NCBI GenBank assembly: GCA_963693365.1
Contig: CAVNZM010000007.1
Location: 1,597,979-1,661,978 of the forward strand
DNA length: 64,000 bases
Direction: 5' to 3'
DNA from: Amoebidium appalachense
Taxonomy: Eukaryota > Protista > Ichthyosporea
The position numbers and the translations under genes were made by a program. A model generated the notes under the pieces. That model searched no databases. It saw nothing but the letters and a program-made list of their open reading frames with translations, and was not told where the DNA came from. Shown piece after piece: positions 42,476 through 64,000 of the stretch (position 1 is the first letter of the stretch; every line of letters starts with the position of its first letter).

Positions 42476-43340
42476 AACATGTATAGGGATTAGTTGTAAA
42501 GGTATCCATAATATTTTTCCTGCTTATTTTATTTGCTGTTCAGTTGACGAGGGTCCATGTTCAGGCTAGATATGCAGATGTTAAACTTACCGAGATATAC
42601 TTTTAAATACTTATCTCCTTTATTTTTCTCTTCCACTAGCAATATGTTACTTGGTTTCATACTCAATATCCTTTGCTTCATCGTTGTGATAAAGAGTATC
42701 ATGGTAGGGCTCTTGAGCCTGTGCTTCTTTTTATATTAGAGACTCGTCTGTTTTCTTTACAATCGTTGTGTAAATTAGCTACTTATATTTATCCCTCCTC
42801 TCGTAAACCTACCACACTTACCCATTTTGCAATTCTAACCCCTCCTTGTGATATAGTTTGGAAATGTTTGTTTTGGCGCTGTAACCTTTGTTTCCATAAA
42901 TGTTTGTGCCAATTTTGTGCAGAACCTTGTTCTCGTAAACACTTAGATAGATGTATTTATTTGTCTCAGATTATTCCGTTAGAAATTAGAAGACTGGCTT
43001 ATTTATATAATCCTGATCTTACGTTTATTGACTATCTGTTGAACCACGGTATGTTTAACGAGTTTTCTAAGGTGTATGATTATTTAAGTCGTTATCTCCT
43101 CCGTATCCGAGAGTGAGGGCTTTTGTATTTTCTTCTCCGAGATATCGGTGATATCTCGATGGCTTCTATTTTGCTGAGCATATCAATAAAGTCATAATAA
43201 AAATAAAACATACCTAGGACATGTATCATGAGAAGTAGTTGTAAAGGTATCCAAATTATTATTTGTGTTACTCAGTAATATCAGTTATTTCTTGCTGTTC
43301 AGTTGACCGAGGTTCTTGTTCAGGCTAGATATGCAGATCT
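42476..43340 (+). mobile_element. Diverged LINE-like C-terminal fragment (ORF 42673-43116) flanked by ~110-bp imperfect direct repeats
   Basis: YIYPSSRKPTTLT..LFWRCN..CQFCAEPCSRKHLDRC..FIDYLLN..F..F aligns by eye with the 189-aa inverted-repeat ORFs. The flanking repeat ACATGTAT..TAGTTGTAAAGGTATCCA..GCTGTTCAGTTGAC..TGTTCAGGCTAGATATGCAGAT occurs at 42477-42580 and 43219-43338. A hairpin CGAGATATC-GGT-GATATCTCG (43138-43158) follows the stop. Confidence 0.6.
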
Positions 43341-43540
43341 TTTATTTATTCAAGATTCTATATGTGTGTGTTTGACTGCTCTCACGGATGATGACGTGTG
43401 TAACGTTATCCTAATTTTAAAGCTCCCAACCCGATAATGATTTCTGTGGTTTTGTAATTGTCAAGGATTAGGGTTTCAGGGCATGAATGTAAACTCACAT
43501 AATAATGATCTAGGAAAAAAATCGGGGTCTTTAGTTAGCA

Positions 43541-43706
43541 TTTAGCAGTACATAATCATCGGTTCCTTTTTAGGCTATAAACCAACTTGACACCATGCAT
43601 CTTAATATTCAGTAACGCACTCTTTTAGCAGTACATAATCTTCCGTTCCTTTCTGGGCTAATAAACCAACTTGACACCATGCATCTTGATATTTAGTAAC
43701 GTACTC
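43541..43706. repeat. Tandem duplication, ~83-bp unit x2
   Basis: TTTAGCAGTACATAATC..GTTCCTTT..ATAAACCAACTTGACACCATGCATCTT.ATATT.AGTAACG.ACTC occurs twice. Confidence 0.8.
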
Positions 43707-43863
43707 GATTGCCGTTATTATAATACAGTGTACATTGTTTTTATTACGTTTGGCACGGTGCTTTACCTATTGACTCTTATGCAAACATCAGCCTAGTGCC
43801 GATCGATTTTAAAAAAAAAATGTTATGTGGGGGGGAGGGTGTGTGTGTTTGTGTGTGTGTGTT

Positions 43864-44010
43864 GGGGGGGGGAGGGGAGAGGGGTAGAATGCGCAATACG
43901 GTACGATGCACAACTACACGATGAAAAACACGGTGCAGGACACATACAAGGGCAAACATTTAAGTATGCAACATTAGCAACACGCGTGCAGTATGCAACA
44001 TCAGCAGGGG
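43864..44010 (-). mobile_element. Structured repeat family 3' fragment on minus strand
   Basis: The reverse complement matches GCTGATGTTGCATACT..AATGTTTGCCCTTGTATGTGTCCTGCACCGTG..GTACCGTATTGCGCATTCTACCCC. Confidence 0.75.
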
Positions 44011-44021
44011 GCTTTGTGTGT

Positions 44022-44082
<61 letters not shown>

Positions 44083-44251
44083 ATACTATAAAAGACGGAG
44101 CCTGGTTGTACATGCATACGACCAGGTGGTTGGGGAACGAGCTCACCATGCGCCTCTGGCCGTTATCAGTATTTTTAATTTTTTATTTTATTTTTTATTT
44201 GTTTCTTTCTTTTTCTTTTTCTTTTTTTTTTGTGGTGGTGGTGGTGGTGGT

Positions 44252-44284
<33 letters not shown>

Positions 44285-44760
44285 TGGGTGAAGGAAAAGC
44301 TCTATGGTACAGTGTGTCGGGAGACCATTCGGAAGAAAGAATTTGGGGTGTGTGCATGGGGTTAGGGATTTTTGAATTTGAAATTGGGGGGGGGGAGGGG
44401 GGGGGGGAGTGGTAAATACCGGTGTCCCCCCTGGTGGTACCCCCCTCCCCGCCCTCCCCAAGGTAGCCGCAGGGGTGGGTGCCCCCCCCCCCCCCCCCCC
44501 CCCCCCCTTCCCCCCCCTGCATGCGCGTGATCATGGCGCAATGGTTAAAGAGTCTCCGAAGTTTCCACCCCCACAGACGGTATTCGTTTTGGCCACTGAT
44601 GCATATATATCCCGTTCCTCTTCCTCCTCCCCCCCCCTCCCGCCCCATACACACACACATTCACGTGCACACACACACACGTACGACACACACGCGCGCG
44701 CACCCATACATGCGCACACGCACGTGCACGCGCGCGCATGCGCGGCCGTACACGCACACG

Positions 44761-44793
<33 letters not shown>

Positions 44794-44931
44794 GTACACA
44801 CAGTGTCACACACAAACACACAACACGCGCACACACACATGCACAGACACGCGCGCGCGCGCACGTGCCCGTACACGCACGCGCACACGCACACACATGC
44901 ACACTGTGACAGTGTCACACACACACACACA

Positions 44932-44971
<40 letters not shown>

Positions 44972-44985
44972 TCACACCCGTTCGT

Positions 44986-45027
<42 letters not shown>

Positions 45028-45519
45028 CCGGGGGGGGGGGGGGGGGTATGACCGTATGGCATATAGCCTGAGTTGCAAGTGATCAAGGAATCCTATTAGT
45101 TAGCCTCAATGTTTACGTTTTGGCTGCCAGTGTATGTAAACTGCTGCTGATTATAGTATTTTATGTGATCAGGTTATCTGCACACCCCTCCATCCTTCTA
45201 TTAGACTTACATTTATTCGCACTTTTGTCTTCCCGGCATGTGAATATGGTTTACCCCTTCTCGCCGCTTGGATCAAGAAAGAGAGAACTAGAGCGCTTAA
45301 CCCCTTGGCATATTTCCTTGAAGTAGAAGTTGCCTCCTTTCTATCTAACAACTGTTGTAAACCTGGGCCTGTAACGCTCTCGATACATGGTCTGGTCCCA
45401 ATAGCTGCTAGAGTATCCTATCTCGCGCTGAAATTCAATAAGCCGCTATAAGCCGCTTAAAGAAGTATTTGCCCTCCCACCCTCTCTTCTCTATCCGCCC
45501 TGTCCCCTCCTCACCTCTC

Positions 45520-46159
45520 CCCTCTTTCCTTCCCTCTCTCTCCCCTTCTCCCCTGGGCACAAATACAAATAAACCCCGCAAAAGTGTGTGTGTCTTTGGA
45601 CTGCCACTTACTTATTGAACATGTACACAATCACAAGATAATCACGCAATATAACAAATGGAAAAAGATACCACACGACACTAGACCCGATGAAAGCATA
45701 CACCTTGAAAAACTAAGCCTTATGTCTCGTTTTATATATACTGACCGCCTCAACCATATTGCCAAATATGGCACTCGCAAATGTATAACACCTAAATACA
45801 TATTACCTTCCTGTAGAACTGGTCTTTCTCTAGCTGAAGGTATTATTGATCAATTACCACGCTTTTACTGTACACGTGCTATACAGTGGAGATCTAATAA
45901 GTATAAGGTGGCATCATTTGCATGCCCAAACAACACACACACACACCAGATTAACCGGTCATGTATCGCCAAATGTAGTTTGATAGACCACATAATACTG
46001 CAACACACACACGTCACATTCACAACAGACACTCAGAAAGATAGCCTACCTGTAAATTACAACATCCTTGATTTTATACTAAACACGCGTAACTACGACC
46101 TGTTTATTAGATGTATTGATTGGCTTGAGAAACACATCACTACAAAATTCTAGCGCACG

Positions 46160-46248
<89 letters not shown>

Positions 46249-46279
46249 CCAGCTGATACCGAGTGTCCCAGGGGAGCCC

Positions 46280-46310
<31 letters not shown>

Positions 46311-46506
46311 CGGGGAACCCCAACTAATTGATTTCTCTTTGTAGTCTTTATGGTGTCTCGTAGAGAAAGTAAACCCTGATATCATAGTCATCACCCGACA
46401 TCTATGTACGTGATCATGATATATACCGCTGAGGGGATATTCCGAGCAAAAACCCCCCCATACCTGAGACTGGTTCTCTTTGCCTCGAGTAAACAGCGTA
46501 AACCCC
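45520..46506 (+). mobile_element. Right arm of ~1-kb inverted repeat; LINE-like C-terminal ORF fragment (45584-46153) with (CA)n tail
   Basis: The 189-aa ORF differs from the left copy at only a handful of residues. Homology continues ~260 bp beyond the CA tail to ...GTAAACCCC at 46506. Confidence 0.65.
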
Positions 46507-46893
46507 ATATATTTTTTACCTTCACATGATGTCAGCCTATGGGGTGGGTGGGTCCCCCCCCCCCCCCCCCCTGGGGGGGGGGGGGGGACCCACCCTGCTC
46601 AGGTGGGTGGCCATGGTGGGCCCTCCCCCTCCCCCCTCCCCCTGCTAGCCGGAGGGGTGGGGGTCCCCCCCCCCCCCCCCCCCCCTGCGGGGGGGGGGGA
46701 CCCACCTGTCCAAAGGGGGGGGTGGGTCCCCCCCCCCCCCAACGTTACTACTACCCCCCTCCAAGGTTCAAAATCAAGAATCCCTTATGCATATATAATT
46801 ATCACGGTCACTGGTTGAGCCTGTGTGCTCACTTGTACCTACAACGAATACAGGGTTTTTCTTCTTTCTTTTCTTTTTTTTTTTTTTTCGGGT

Positions 46894-46944
<51 letters not shown>

Positions 46945-46992
46945 ACCGCATGCCTGGGTGGGGGGTGGGAGGGCGTGGGTTGGCGGCGGCGG

Positions 46993-47037
<45 letters not shown>

Positions 47038-47202
47038 CCTCCAACGGGAGGAAACGAATAAGACGTAGATAGATGGAAGACGCTCTGCGTCCGGATGCAA
47101 CGGGAAACTTGTGCCTGATGGGTGTGTGGTTGGGGAGGGGAGAGGGGGGGTGGGGTGGGGGGTAGGTGGGGGGAGAAAAGGAGGGGGGGGGGGGGGGGGG
47201 GA

Positions 47203-47234
<32 letters not shown>

Positions 47235-47475
47235 TGTCTTCGATAGGCGCTTGCCTTGTGGTTTGTATTGCATAAGCCCATAATGATTAACTAATGACGA
47301 TTTTTTTTTTCTTTGTTTTTTTCTTCCCAGCTTTCTCGTTGGCGTTAGGTATATTGCCAGACTAATATCTTAGTGATAAATAATACCTGCCTTCCTCATC
47401 TTAAATTTACCGCCACCTTATGACAACTCAGTCATATGAACATGTGCTTACCTCCCTCCCCCCTGCAATTCTCCC

Positions 47476-47514
<39 letters not shown>

Positions 47515-47573
47515 TTTCCCCCCCTTGTGTGTGTGTGCGCGTGTGTGCGTGTAGTGTGCCCTTGTTCGTCTTC

Positions 47574-47604
<31 letters not shown>

Positions 47605-47648
47605 TTTTGTGCCTGGGGCCGGGTGTGTGGGAGGTGGGGAGGGTTGGT

Positions 47649-47722
<74 letters not shown>

Positions 47723-47880
47723 TGACACTTTGTGTGTGCGTGCGTTTGTGTGTGCTCGCATGCACACGTGTGTGTGTGTGTGTGTGTGTGTAAGTGTGTT
47801 TGTGACACTTTGTGTGTGCGTGCGCGCGTGCGTGTCCATGTGTGTCTGTGTGTGTGTGTGTCACGGTGTGGGAGTGTCTA

Positions 47881-47982
<102 letters not shown>

Positions 47983-48023
47983 TGTGTGTGTGTCTTTGTC
48001 TCACTTTTAATGGTCAAATAGTT

Positions 48024-50603
<2,580 letters not shown>

Positions 50604-52385
50604 CTTTATGTCGAGCTCGGGCTCAGTGTCAGCAGTGTGTGTGCGTTTTTGTGCATTGATGTGCACGCGCACATGTATTCAGTAATTCATGATTAGTGAG
50701 ATGAACGATAACAATGTTTGTGTGTTTGCCTAACAGTGTGTGCGTGTGTGTGTCTGCTTGCCAGTGTGTGGACCACAGCCTTGAAGCATATATGTTGTTA
50801 TGCATTGGCAATTATTGTACGTTCATGCACGTTGATGGCTTTTATGCATGCATGTGTGCGTGCGTGCACATGAATGTGACAGTTGTGCACGCGTGTACGG
50901 TACCAATTGCAAAATATCATCATCATTCGCATGTATTCTTCTGGCGGTGCACCGTGTGCACGTGTCTGCCATGGTACACATAAGTGAAATGGTGGGTGAC
51001 TCAGATGGTAGATCTCCGACCTGCCCCCCTCCCCCCCCCCTCTCCCCCCCCCCCCCCCTCCCTCCCCCTCCCCCTCCCTCCCCCCCTCCGGATCCCCCGG
51101 CCCCTTCCTCGAGCCCCCCTAGTCCCCCCCCCTCCCCCCCCCCCCCCCCCCCCCCCTTCCCCCCCTCCCCCCCACCCCCCCGGGGGGAGCGGACCCTACT
51201 AGGAGACGTCAGGGAAGGGAAGGGATGGGTGGAGGGGGGGGAGGACGTGGGGGAAGGAGGGAGGGCCCGGTGTATCATGAGCCAGTAGTGTTGTACATGG
51301 CGTGCACTCGGCAGCTACATTAGCACTCGGCGAGGCTCGCGAACCCCCGGTTCCCTCAGAATCCCTCTGCCCAGGCCTGATCGAGGGGCAGCGCAGGCCC
51401 GACAGCACTGTCGGACAGGCGCGCAGGTCACGGGCAAAACAAACGTTGCAAGATCTGGGAAGCTGATTGGCCAAGAACGCTACAAGTACTTGATTTGCAG
51501 AGAACGCACTCATAATCAATCTCATGAGACTACCCTTTTTGGGGGGTTTGTGTCGAATCTGGTTTAATTTGAGAGTTTGTCATGATTTACAAATTTTACA
51601 TACAGGTCTCGTGCTCAAGGGTTTTTCAAAGGTATGTAGGTTTATTAGTCGTCTACTTTGTATTTAACAATATTTGTTTGTTTGTACTTTTTAGCTCTAC
51701 CGTTGTAGCATTTTAGTATTGTAAGAGACAAGAGTGGATTTGATAAACGACCGTTTAAAAACATTTTCTCAAAACATGTTACAACCCGCGATAGATAGAT
51801 AGTTTTAAATGAGCTCAGCAATTTACCAGAGAACCAATCAAAAGCTGGTAAAGTTTTTAGCCAATCAACATTGTGTTTGACATTATAAGCATACTTTTGG
51901 TATGCACTTGCAAATGCTTTACAAATAGCTTATCATCATATGTACTGAAGACTCTGTCTTGAGCATATACAATAGGTGCATATTTTTTTTTTAACACAAT
52001 ATATTACTAAGCACATACACACAGCTTGTCTCTTTTTGCTTACACATTGGAAGCCAGAAAATATTGTGCATGAATAGTCTACAAAAAGACTCAATCACAC
52101 GTTCACCCTCGGTCCTGCAAAAACACGTTCCATTTCAATTCCGGCAGGATTTCAATTTTTCAATTTGTGTTGCCGCAGACTCGCGGTACTGTAGGTGCAT
52201 GCACGTCACCAAGAGACAGCGTGGAAGAGGGACTCGTATTCTTGTCATTTATACTTTTTCCCAATAGAATTAAATCATTCAATGTTAGGAGTGGAATTAA
52301 ATCATTCAATTTTTCCCTTGTTCCTTCTCTTAGATAATATAGAAGGTAGAAAAAAAGGGTTTTCAGTGTAGTTCATTGCACCAGA

Positions 52386-63765
<11,380 letters not shown>

Positions 63766-64000
63766 GTATGTGCATGCACATATATGCATACACACACGCA
63801 CGCTTGCACGCACACACACGCGCGGTCAGACACCAGCTTACACGCACAAACACGCACACCCACACGCGCGCGCACACACACACAGAGATTCACACACATA
63901 TACACACACACACTTCCCTCCTCCCACCTTCTCTCTCCTCTCCTTTCTCTCTCTCCTCTCCCCTCTCTCTCTCCTCTCCCCCCCCCGGTCCCTTCCCCCT

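Noticed and set aside
45072-45326. Hydrophobic ORF as the final TM exon of the 7TM gene
   Set aside because: No acceptor in the required phase was found.

Overview
Intron-rich eukaryotic genomic DNA, most likely from a unicellular opisthokont. This is inferred from the short animal/fungal-type AHCY and an apparent mitochondrial rps3 insert read with TGA=Trp. Introns are packed with poly(C)/poly(G), (CA)n and (GA)n tracts, so almost all ORFs in the supplied track are artefacts. Hand-spliced genes are: the 3' part of VPS41 (+), AHCY/SAHH (+), dynein light chain LC8 (-), a penta-EF-hand protein (+), a secreted Spondin_N/mucin-like protein (+, one frameshift), a multipass GPCR-like protein (+), a candidate orphan gene (-) and the 5' half of a PMCA-type Ca2+-ATPase (+). 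The most striking non-gene signal is an abundant family of structured ~453-nt intronic elements. They occur as 5'-truncated copies, some longer than one unit and read head-to-tail, and end at the same C-run, which merges into genomic poly(C). Their stems covary between subfamilies. This suggests retroposition from a circular or multimeric structured RNA primed at poly(G)/(C) tracts. Also present are three LINE-like C-terminal fragments (two of them in a ~1-kb inverted repeat pair flanking the GPCR-like gene), a probable NUMT, and a 31-bp perfect palindrome with a 9-bp target-site duplication.
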